Below, one piece after another: positions 28,205 to 38,515 of a DNA stretch of 64,000 nt; position 1 is the first letter of the stretch; every line of letters starts with the position of its first letter. The position numbers and the translations under genes are program-made. This DNA comes from Malacoraja senta. Taxonomy: Eukaryota. Under the pieces are notes generated by a model. That model saw only the letters and a program-made list of their open reading frames with translations, did no database searches and had not been told where the DNA came from. The stretch covers positions 175,336,001-175,400,000 of the forward strand of contig CM075978.1 in the NCBI GenBank assembly GCA_038087875.1, given 5' to 3'.

Positions 28205-28346
28205 AGCATCTCTGGAGAGAAGGAATGGGTGACGTTTTGGGTCACCCATTCCTTCTCTCCAGAGATGCTGCCTGGCCCGCTGAGTTACTCCAGCATTTTG
28301 TGTCTATTTTCGGTTTAAATGAGCATCTGCAGTTCCTTCCTACACA
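28205..28346 (+). mobile_element. Penelope-tail insertion with perfect hairpin and about 15-bp TSD
   Basis: TSD tcctgccaatgagca at 28194-28208 and 28347-28361; 29-bp perfect stem at 28205-28269. Confidence 0.8.
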
Positions 28347-29020
28347 TCCTGCCAATGAGCAACAGAATGAAGCTCCATATGTTCCTCTTGAATTACAGTC
28401 CATATTTGAGTGCCTCACAGAGATGGCCTGATGAAGAACAAGTTCCCTGCTCATTGAGCAAAGAAATCCCATCAAAGCCCAAATTTCCAATAGATGGAAT
28501 TTCACAGATCAGTGCCCTCTTCTCTAAACCGGTTATTTTTCTGATTGCAGAATTAACCGGGTGACCCGCCCCCTCTGAATGGAGACTGGGAAAAATTATC
28601 ACTCTATAACCTCACAGCCATAAAGTAAAATTAAAAGTGATAGAATTGGGTGTCAGTAATACTAATTAATAATGCTTTGTAAATCCGATTAAGTTTTCAG
28701 CTCAAGAATTGAGCACATTTTCACAGGGAAATAAATGCTTTTGAAATTCCATCAGGTGAATGTGACACCTCCAGCCTTGCTCCAGCTAAGGTTATGAGAG
28801 TTTGTGCAGGTCACTGCACCTCTCGTAACAAGCTCCGGATGGTGAGAAAGAACGTCCGCAATGGTTAATTGGCCAGCGACCCATCCATTCATAGACTGAA
28901 GAGATTTCTTTCAGTGGGTGTGAATTCCAGTAAGAATTGGGCAGCAGAAAGATTCATGACTGGACAGGCCCCCCTGGAGAACATTCGGGATTTCTGAAAT
29001 ATTGTGCTGATCAGTCGCAA

Positions 29021-29212
29021 ATGGAGGAGGCAGCCAGAGAAGGTATTGGTCTCCTGGCCAAACTGGACACTGAGGAAGGAGAGAGGCCAAACCTGTCCTC
29101 TTCTGGAGCAGTATTCATCATGTTAAAATCAGCTCTTGGTGCCGGACTCCTCAACGTCCCTTGGGCATTCAGCAGGGCTGGGGGATTACACACAGCTATC
29201 ACTGTGGAAATG
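29021..29212 (+). CDS. SLC38A8: SLC38A8 coding exon 1 (MEEAAREG...[22 protein letters not shown]...VEM)
   Basis: SLC38 TM1 motif; donor ATG|gtaagt; 192 nt. Confidence 0.9.
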
Positions 29213-30089
29213 GTAAGTCTCAGCGGCCACCTTGCAAAATATTTTTCGTAGTCTCCCTTCTGCATCTCTTGGAACGAATTCTCTTTTGGGAATGTTATTG
29301 CTTGTTGATGGAATACTTCCTCTTGTAAGAGTTATGATGTTTCCATCTAGCTATTGCAGGGCATTACTTTGAGCTGGGCAAAACTACCCCCATCTTCCCA
29401 TCAAACACTCCCAGGGCAGGGATGGGAGGGGATGGGTAGAGAGTCAAGATCCCTCTTTACATCCTGCCAAACAATCCCAGAGCACTGGTTGGGGAGAGAG
29501 TGAAGATCATACTGCACCCTTCAAACATTCCAAAAACATGTCTGGCAGGGGTTGGTGAGAGAATGGAGATCCTACTTTATGTCCCATCAAACATTTCCAG
29601 AGCAGGGGAGAAAGTGAAGGTCCTTCTACATTGTGCCATCAAACTCTCCCAGAGCTGGAATGGTGGAGATTGGTTCAGGGCTATGATGTTTTGAGTGGAT
29701 CTGAGTAAGAGATGGGTAGTTGGAATCTGATTCATACTGCCTGAGGGGATGCCAGAGCAATAATCCCTCACAAATTTAAATACATAGCCAAGCACTTATA
29801 TCACTCATGGTTTAGAAGGTTGCCGAACAAGTGCTGTAAATTAGATTAAATATAGATCTCGATGGTTGTGCAAGGGACCTGTCTCTGTGCTGAATATTGC
29901 TATCCTTGTTCAAGATCCAGCCCCTGGGAGCCCTCCAGCCCTGGGACAGTGCACAAGGACCTTCTGGCATCCAGAAAGCCAGCAGACAGCACATGCTGCA
30001 TGCTACCAATGCCGTTGTGAAATCCTTCCCACCCACAGGTTAACCAGGGTTGAGCAGTGGCACAACTGGTAGAGCTGCTGCCTCACTGG

Positions 30090-30700
30090 GAGTAATTCAG
30101 GGATCATTATCCTGGAGTACCTGCTTTTTAACCTTTTGCCTAACTACCTATATTAATTTTGCAGGACCTCATTCTATTCTTACCTATATCATTTGTGCCA
30201 ACATGCACAATGACCTCTGGCTGGTCATTGCGAATGTCATGCAGCCGCTTTGAGACATTGTGGACCCTGACAGCAGGGAAGCAACACACCATCCTGGTGT
30301 CTTGATTGTTGCCATGGAATCTCCTGTGTTCCCCCATAACTAATGAGTCTCGTACCACTATGGCTTTCCCAGACATTACCCTTCCCCTCTGTGCCTCAGA
30401 GCCAGGGTTGGTGTCACAGCCCTGACTGCTATTGCTGCTCACCCGAATGGGTATCCAAAATGGTACACTTGTTTTGAAGGGGAATGGCCACAGAGGCCCC
30501 AACTCACTCTGTTCACTCCGTTTCCTCGTGATCTCCTACCTACTCTCTTCCTGTACCTTAGGCATGACCACCTCGTTATAATTCTTATCTATGAAGCTCT
30601 TTCTCTTGGATGATCCTGAGGACGTCCTGCTGCAGCTCAAGTTCCTTAATGCGGGCTGTAAGGAACTGCACCTGTACACAATTCCCAAAGGTGGTAGTTG
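30090..30700 (-). mobile_element. CR1 ORF1 remnant (zinc finger/leucine zipper and SGNH esterase)
   Basis: LTARIKELELQ coiled coil; AIVVRDSLV...VCCFP...VIVHVGTNDIG esterase blocks. Confidence 0.8.
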
Positions 30701-31119
30701 AAATTTCCCTGACGATTGGACGATTGTACCATTCTGCCTGCCACCTCCAATGCCTGTGGAACAATACTATCACAGCATTTTAAAGAAAATCCAGCAGGTG
30801 CATGGATAGGAAAGGTTTAGAGAGAAATAGTCCAAATGCATGCAGGCGGGGCTAGTGTAGATGGGGCATCTTGGTCAGCATGGGCAAGTTGGGCCAAAGG
30901 GCCTGTTTCCATGCTGTACGACTATGACTATGACTGGAGTGGAAGTGAGTCCTCGATCCCTGGGAACTGCCTCAGAGGAAAGAGATTTTCACAAATGTTT
31001 GTACGTGTGTGTGCATTTGCTTATGTAAGTATAAGGGTACATATGTCTGTGTGCGATGAAGATAGACACAGACCAGAGTAACTCAGCGGGATAGGCAGCA
31101 TCTCTGGATAGAAGGAATG

Positions 31120-31153
31120 AGTGACATTTCGGGTCGAGACCCTTCTTCAGACT
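31120..31153 (-). ncRNA. Minimal type I hammerhead ribozyme motif in a Penelope-tail insertion (about 31057-31153)
   Basis: Minus strand reads AGU-CUGAAGA-A-GGGUC-UC-GACCC-GAAA-U-GUC-ACU: catalytic core, stem II, 3-bp stem I and vestigial stem III. Confidence 0.55.
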
Positions 31154-31179
31154 GTGCGATGCTTTGCTGATGCAGGTAG

Positions 31180-31605
31180 TGTTTGTGCATGTGTACGTTT
31201 ATGTGAGTGTGTGTATGTGTATGTCTATAGGTGTCTTTGTATGCGCTTGTTTATATGTCTATGAGTATTCAAATGCACATGTGTGTTTGTCTGACAGTGT
31301 GTCTGAGTGTATCTATTGATGTATGCATATTGATGTGGGTATATTTGTGTGTGGGTGTGTATTGATATATTTGCGTATTGATGTGTGTGTGCATTGTGTC
31401 TGTTTATTGATGTGTGTGTGTTTTGGTGAATGTATGTATTTTGTGTGTGTGTGTGTGCGTATTGATGTGTGCGTATAGGTGTGTGTTTATTGGTATGTGT
31501 GTGTATTGGTGTGTATGTGTAATGTTATGTGTGTATATTGATATGTGTGTGTGATGTTTTGTGTGTATGTTTGGAAGCATGTACTGTGTATGTGCGTACG
31601 TATGC
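31180..31605. repeat. (TG)-rich low-complexity tract
   Basis: Degenerate TG/TATG microsatellite. Confidence 0.85.
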
Positions 31606-32404
31606 ATAAATAAAGTAGCTGAAGAGCATGAACAAAAATCATGAGCAACAACTCATGCGAGGGAGATTGAGGAAGCTGTGACACGGAAGCAGGGCTGAGT
31701 ACAGATCACTGCCTCCCCTCGCTAAGGGTCAACAATGTCACTGCACCAATGCCCGGCCCTTCATCAGCGACACCAGCCATGATCAATTGTAGGCTCCTAA
31801 TGTGATGCAACAGTGTCCCTTCCTGACTCGGCTCTCTTGCCCAAAACTCTTGTTCTGGTGGTACGAATGGTTGCCAGAAATCTTCTAGATTGTTGCAATA
31901 TGTCCGGACACGTCTTTGGGATAGATGAGGCCGGACAAGGGGAATATGATTCCCTGGGTATAATATCCCTCACTTTTCTCCCCTCATCACCTCCCGTAAC
32001 CTGTGTGGACACACACGATGCTGTTGTATTGTTCCTGCAATACCAGACCCATCCCATCACAGTCCTTGGTAAAATGACAGAATTACGAGATATTCCTCAA
32101 ACTCTTCAGCCAACCCCAATGACTCCTCTGCCTCCTGCTGCAACCTCGTCAAGGCATCTTCTGGTCATGCCTGCAGCACCTCCCAGCTTCCCTGCAGACA
32201 CAGATCCGCACTAAACCCCACACACCTCCCCCTCCCCCTCCCCATTTTACACTGTCATCCCCAAACCCACCAGTCCAACTGTTCATCACATCTCCCAAAC
32301 CCACCTGCTGACAGACCACCTACCCAAAACCAATGTATGTCTACTTTCTGATCCTTACTGTACAGAATCTCCTGCCACATTGACAATGGTGATCCATTCC
32401 CCAG

Positions 32405-32603
32405 GTATCCCTTGTCTTTCTGATCAGTGGGCTGGTGATCCTTGGCTACTGTTCCTCCATCAGCAGGTGCTCGACGTACCAAGGAGTGGTGAAGGCGATC
32501 TGTGGCCCCACCATCGGAAGACTCTGTGAAATCTGTTTCATCTTCAATGTCTTCATGATTTCCATTGCATTCCTTGTAGTGGTGGAAGACCAGCTCAGCA
32601 AAC
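32405..32603 (+). CDS. SLC38A8: SLC38A8 coding exon 2 ([15 protein letters not shown]...VVEDQLSK)
   Basis: ccag|GTA to C|gtaagt, 199 nt. Confidence 0.92.
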
Positions 32604-33284
32604 GTAAGTGTGGGCTGGGAGCCCCATCGGTCAGTAACCACATCATTCAGAAACTCAGTCGGTTGCTGCCTGCCGGTAACAGTGTCAGTCAGAAACTATG
32701 TCAATCAGAAACTCTGACACTGGAAAATAATGTCAGTCAGAAAAAGTATGCATCAGGAACAGTTTCAGTGAGAAACAGTGTCAGTGAGAAACAGTGTCAG
32801 TGAGAAACAGTGTCAGTCTGAAACAGTGTCAGTATGAAACAGTGTCAGTCAGAAACTGTCATTCAGAAACTGTGTCATTCAGAATCTGTCATTCAGAATC
32901 TGTGTCAGTCAGAAACTGTCAGTCAGAAACTGTCAGTCTGAAACTGTGTCAGTCTGAAACTGTGTCAGTCTGAAACTGTGTCAGTCTGAAACAGTGCCAG
33001 TCGGAAACTGTGTCAGTCAGAAACGGTGTCAATCAGAAACGGTGTCAATCAGAAATGGTGTCATTCAGAGACTGTCAATCAGTTGTTGCTGGTCAGTAAC
33101 CATGTCAGAAGTGACCACATTAGTCAGTAACCATGCCAATCATTATCAATTTCAATCAGAAATTATGTCAATCCTAAACTGTGTCAGTCAGTACCTGTGT
33201 TAGTCAGTACCTGTGTCAGTCAATAACCATACCAATGAGAAACTGTGTCAGTCAGTAACTATGAGCCAATAATTGTGTCAATCA

Positions 33285-33493
33285 GTGAAATCTGTTTCAT
33301 CTTCAATGTCTTCATGATTTCCATTGCATTCCTTGTAGTGGTGGAAGACCAGCTCAGCAAACGTAAGTGTGGGCTGGGAGCCCCATCAGTCTGTAACCAC
33401 ATCAATCAGAAACTGTCTCACTCAGTTGCTGCCTGCCGGTAACAGTGTCAGTCAGAAACTATGTCAATCAGAAACTGTGACACTGGGAAATAA
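33285..33493 (+). repeat. Tandem-displaced duplicate of SLC38A8 exon 2 3' part, donor site and intron start
   Basis: Copy of 32526-32730 at offset 759. Confidence 0.92.
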
Positions 33494-33916
33494 GTGAATA
33501 ACCATATCAGTCGGTGACTGCAACAGTCAATGATTGCATCAGTCAGTAACCATGTCAGTCAGCAACCAATGCAGTCTGTAACCACATAGGTCAGCGAATG
33601 CTTCAGTCAATGATCGAATCAGTAGTCGCATCATACCCTAGCTGTGTCAGTCAGTAACCACAACTGTCAATAACCACATCAGTGACCATGTCAGTCAGTA
33701 ACCATGTCAGGCAGCAAATGCATTTGTCAGTGGCTGTGTCAGTCAGTAACTGTGTCAGTCAGTGATTGTATCAGCCAGTGACCATGTCAGTCAGTGAAAT
33801 GTCAGTCAGTGATTGTGTCAGCCAGTGACCAGGTCAGTCAATGACTGTGTGGCCATGTGAGTTAGTAGCCTTGTCAGTCGGTAACCGTGTTAGTCAGTAA
33901 CCGTATCATTCAGTAA

Positions 33917-34155
33917 AGGGTCTGTCCCACTTTCCCGAGTTATTCACGAATTCTCCTGATTTATTCACGAATTCTCCCGAGTTTTCAAACTCACGAAATG
34001 TTTGTAACGAGTCTATAGGAGGCCGTAGGAGTCCGTGGATATATCGTAGCGGCTCGTTTTGCCAGCCGTAGGTACTCGGGGCTATTTTTTTACTCGTGGA
34101 CATTTTTCATCATGCTGAAAAACATCCCGACTTACCTGATGCCCCGAGTACCTAC
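33917..34155. mobile_element. PIF/Harbinger-type MITE fragment (one terminus)
   Basis: TAA followed by the AGGGTCTGTCCCACT terminus and a CpG-rich body; no second TIR is seen, and the sequence runs into satellite. Confidence 0.6.
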
Positions 34156-34963
34156 CGTGACAGTCAGTAACCGTGTCAGTCAGTAACCATGTCAGTCAGT
34201 AACCGTGTCAGTCAGTAACCCTGTCAGTCAGTAACCCTGTCAGTCAGTAACCCTGTCAGTCAGTAACCCTGTCAGTCAGTAACCCTGTCAGTCAGTAACC
34301 ATGTCAGTCAGTAACCATGTCAGTCAGTAACCGTGTCAGTCAGTAACCCTGTCAGTCAGTAACCCTGTCAGTCAGCGACCGTGTCAGTCAGTAACCATGT
34401 CAGTCAGTAACCCTGTCAGTCAGCGACCGTGTCAGTCAGTAACCATGTCAGTCAGTAACCCTGTCAGTCAGTGCCTGTGTCAGTCAGCCCATCAAGTCTA
34501 CTCCACCATTCAATCATGGCTGATCTACCATTCTCCTGCCTTCTCCCCATAACCCTTGACACCTTTACTAATTAAGAAACTTTAAGAATACCCAATGACA
34601 GCCTCCTTAGCTGGCGGTGGCAGACTTGGTGCCCTTTGATTCGTTCCCTGTGAGTAGTGTACTGTGATTGATGAACAAGGTATGCTGCCCTTGGATTGGT
34701 TCTTGTGATTAATGCCCAATGGGTAGTGCCCTGTGATTGGTTCCCTGTGATTGATGCCCAATGTGTAGTGCCCTGTGAATGGTTCCCTGAATGTAGTGGT
34801 CTCTGATTGATGAGCAGTGGGTAGTGCCCTGTGATCGGTAACCTGTGAGTGGCACAATGTGATTGGTACCTGTGTTTGGTGCCCTGTGAATGATGCCCAT
34901 GATTGAAGTGTATGCCGCACCACGTGCTTTGATGCCCAGCATGGCCTGTTCTTTGTATTGCAG

Positions 34964-35120
34964 TGTGCGATTCAATGTCTGACAACGCAACCTCGTTGGG
35001 TGCTGTGTATTCGGAACAGTCTTGGTACATGGACCGTCGGCTGGGGATCTCTGCTGTGTGCCTGTTCATCGTTCTGCCATTATCTGTCCCTGAGGAGCTT
35101 GGTTTCCAGAAGTACACCAG
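34964..35120 (+). CDS. SLC38A8: SLC38A8 coding exon 3 (LCDS...WYMDRR...LPLSVPEELGFQKYT)
   Basis: ttgcag|TG to AG|gtacag, 157 nt, phase consistent. Confidence 0.92.
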
Positions 35121-35456
35121 GTACAGCAGGGAGGGGCGCAGCTCTGGATGGTACTCAGACTCCTTGCTGAGACTGGGAACTGTGACTGTGATGCATCCAG
35201 TGTGGTCAAGGAGCCAACACTTGTGACTGGTATTTGTACACTGAACTGTCAGTCCATGTCCAGACAATAACACTGCAGCCACAATTTAAAAAAATATCGT
35301 TTGCCTATATTTAATCATTTCAACATGTTAACTCAAAATTCAACTTCTTTCCCATTCACTCGTACAATCTCCAGTCATTTTCAGTCCAGCTGTGTACATT
35401 CATAACTGAACTTTTGCACGAGTAGCCACGAGTGTAAAAGTATCTTTACAATACTT

Positions 35457-35630
35457 CTTCTTCTTATTGAGTCCACTCACAAGATTAGAAGTTGTTCAGC
35501 CAGAGCTGAACACACTTCTCAGCATCTGCATACAATGGTGTTTGTCTTGTTGCTTCTTGTGCTTCTTGTGCGTGGTGGTGGAAAGATTGGTGGAAACAGG
35601 GCCTCGACGTGAACGCTCTTTCCTTGACAC
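35457..35630 (-). mobile_element. 174-bp retroposed element with (GAA)n tail and 13-bp TSD (Ingi/Vingi- or RTEX-type tail)
   Basis: TSD ctttacaatactt at 35444-35456 and 35631-35643; minus strand ends aataagaagaag. Confidence 0.65.
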
Positions 35631-36569
35631 CTTTACAATACTTAATCAGTGCGATTTGTCAACATAAAAGTGAACAGTTCTTCTCGTGCCTCCACTTTAC
35701 CCAGATAACAATTCAATCTAATATATGACGACTTCTGCTAGACTCATGAAGGTTTATTCACTAAAGTCTATTGTGAATTATGCACGGTTTCATTCAGTGT
35801 TTGCCATTGCTGACCCTCTGGCCTGACTTTAAATATTGTTCCTTAATCGAATTTCACCAATGGGATTTAGATGAACAAATATCCTAAGAGATTACATGCA
35901 GCTGCAAGACAAATATTGTTGTCATAGTAAGGGATTTTAACTTTCCTAATGTAGACTGAGACTGTCATGGTGCCAAGGGCTTAGATGGGGTGGAATTTGT
36001 CAAATGTGTTCAAGAATGTTTCTTCAGGTCATATGTAAAGGGCCCTACAGAGGAGAGGGCAGACCTTGATCTTCTCTAAGGAGATTGGGAAGGGCAAGTA
36101 ACTAAAGTGTCCATGGGTGACCTGCGATCACGGTCCCGTTAGTTGCAAAATAGTAAATGGATAAAGACAGAGTGGGCACACAACTTAAACTTCCTAATTG
36201 GGGCAGGCCAACGTTGGTGGTATTAGACAGGAACTTGTCAAAGTTAATTGGAGTAGATGTGGCAAAGGAATGTCCGGACACTGGATATTTTAAAAAATGT
36301 GATGATAAGAGTTCAGAGCATGCTTGTTCCTGTTAGGCAACACTGCATATGAGCCATGCAGTCTGCATGTGCTGGTGTATGTGCTGGTTTGTATCTGTGT
36401 GTTGGTCTGTATGCTTGTGCATGTGTGGCATGTGTGTGAGGATATCCTCCTGTCAAGGTGTGTCAGCGCTGGGTAGGGAATGAACTATGTTTGAGTCTGT
36501 TGGCAGCTGGCTGAAGGACTGAGTGTTCCTCTCCTCAGTTTCTCCTCACTGTTTCTTTCTCTCCTTCAG

Positions 36570-36668
36570 CATCCTGGGGACCTGTGCAGCCACCTACTTA
36601 ACAATTATGGTCGTTGTGAAATTCTACCTGATGGATTTGGATTCTATCCCAGAGCTTCAAAATCCCAG
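36570..36668 (+). CDS. SLC38A8: SLC38A8 coding exon 4 (SILGTCAATYLTIMVVVKFY...)
   Basis: Long pyrimidine tract then cag|C to AG|gtgagc, 99 nt. Confidence 0.92.
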
Positions 36669-37767
36669 GTGAGCAAGGAAGGAGGGGACCTCCTTACTCA
36701 GGGAGATGTCAACAATAAAGGTCTTATCACTGCTGAAGGGAACATCTTCCTATGCGTAATGTCAAAGGCCCACATTAGCTGGGAGCACCACCGACACAGC
36801 GGGCTCTGTTTTAATCCTTTTACATAGCCTGAGAAAATTCAATCAATATGATCTATAGATTTTAAGATAGTTATGAATAAGGATAAGTCTGGACCATGGG
36901 AGAAGGTACTAAATTGGGGGAAGGGGGGGGAGAGGTAAATTGGAAAAGTTGCTGTTGGAGAAAGTCTGCGTCAGACATGTGAGAGTTGTTTAAAGACCAG
37001 CTGATCTGAGTAAGGTGGAGGGTCAAGGTATTGAAACCTTGGATGATCAGAGATGTTTTAAATTTGGTAAAAAAATTTAAGAAAAAGCATGTGTAATTAA
37101 AGAAAATCCAACGGGGAATTAAAAGGGCTGGAAGTGACTTTGAAATGTTATTGGCGAGTTGGATTAAACAGAATAATTAGACTTTTTATACCAACATTAA
37201 AAACAAGATGGTAACTAGAAAGAGTGTAGGACCAGTCAAGGATAAAAGAGGGAATTTATGCTTGGACAGAGGATCTAAACGAGGTACTAAACGAGTACTT
37301 TGCATCGGTATTCTACGAAAAGAAGGACATGGAGGATAGTCTTTGGGATGTGGGATTTGTGCGAAGCTCTGGTGTAGCTCCTGCAGCTGCACCACTGTGC
37401 ATCCCTCTTTCTGGATATTTCTTTGCCTGCAAACAACCTATTCCAATCAACTTTTGCAAGTTTCCAGCTAATAGCATCGATGTTGACTTTGCCCCAATTT
37501 AGAACTTTAACTTGTGGATCAGCCCTGTCCTTATCCATAACTATTTTAAAGTTAAGAGAACTGTGGTCACTGATCCCAAAAGGCTCGCCCACAGACACTA
37601 CAGCCTCTGACCTGACCAATTCCTTAAGAGTAGGTCAAACTTTACCCACTTCCTAGTAGGGCCTTTGGAAACTTTCCTGAACACATTCCATTCTATCTGG
37701 AATTATTCTATCTAATCCCTTTGCACTATGGCAGTCTCAGCTCACATTGGGAAAATGAAAATCCCTC

Positions 37768-38515
37768 GCAACACTCTTGTTTTATTATAGCACAGGTGCC
37801 TCCATTTTCTGCCAAGATAAATCTAGGCTGTGGGGGCGACCCACTAATTTAAGCCATGGTATTTCCCAAACCCTGGTCTCATTTACTTTCCACCCTTGCT
37901 TAAAAAGGGCGTAGACCATCCTTTAAATATGGGTTAGTCCTCGAGTTTGTCATTCAGAAAGCACCCACGTTGCTGTTTTATTCCAAAAGCAATGTAAGGC
38001 CAGAATCTCAGTAAGGTGAAGGGGTATTGTTAAGAGGGGTATTCCTCCTCCACCATTATATGGGACATACGTACACACCCAGCATGCACTTATATTATCA
38101 CAAAGGGCGAATTCATAACTCATAGACAGAAACAGATTATTTCCCCACGCCAGCCCATCTGGGCCAATCTCAGGTTAAAAGGAGGGTCTATAACCCCATT
38201 GTCCTTTCTTGATTCAATGGTAACCTACTTAACTTTATAATTACTTCAACTCTTTCAGTATAACAAGCCTATTAGTCTTGCAGCTGTTTGCAATCTACCA
38301 TCAAATGTGCTGGTCTTTAGTACAATCCCAACAATGGAAAGATTATTTTTCCCCGAGACAATTTTATCCCACGATAGTTATCTGTGTTTCCAAAGTAAAT
38401 TTAAGGGTTTAAATTCCCAATTGAAAATACGTTACAAGCAATTTAACCTGTGTAATGCAAATACTGTTTATCAATCATGTTATAACCGATCTGTGATATG
38501 GAATCACACACGATA
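37768..38515 (-). pseudogene. Endogenous retrovirus env relic (gamma-type), internally deleted
   Basis: Minus-strand translation gives NISACWVCTYVP...GIPLLTIPL (SU CXXC at 38073-38084) and FILAENGGTCAIIKQECC (TM immunosuppressive domain plus CX6CC at 37768-37821). The 5' limit is approximate. Confidence 0.78.

Larger units (their letters stand above)
32680..34487. repeat. 16-bp minisatellite domain (GTCAGTCAGAAACTGT / GTCAGTCAGTAACCAT variants)
   Basis: Regular blocks at about 32755-33065 and 34155-34487 (about 21 units), with degenerate units between. Confidence 0.9.

Noticed and set aside
31813-32214. 133-aa intronic ORF
   Set aside because: Non-ATG start, no splice support and no recognisable family; likely chance or decayed repeat.
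34155-34487. Regular repeat array as a possible CRISPR
   Set aside because: Head-to-tail 16-mers with no unique spacers, eukaryotic context and no cas genes.
34572-35282. 236-aa minus-strand ORF
   Set aside because: Antisense to SLC38A8 exon 3 plus a degenerate tandem repeat; no domain signal.
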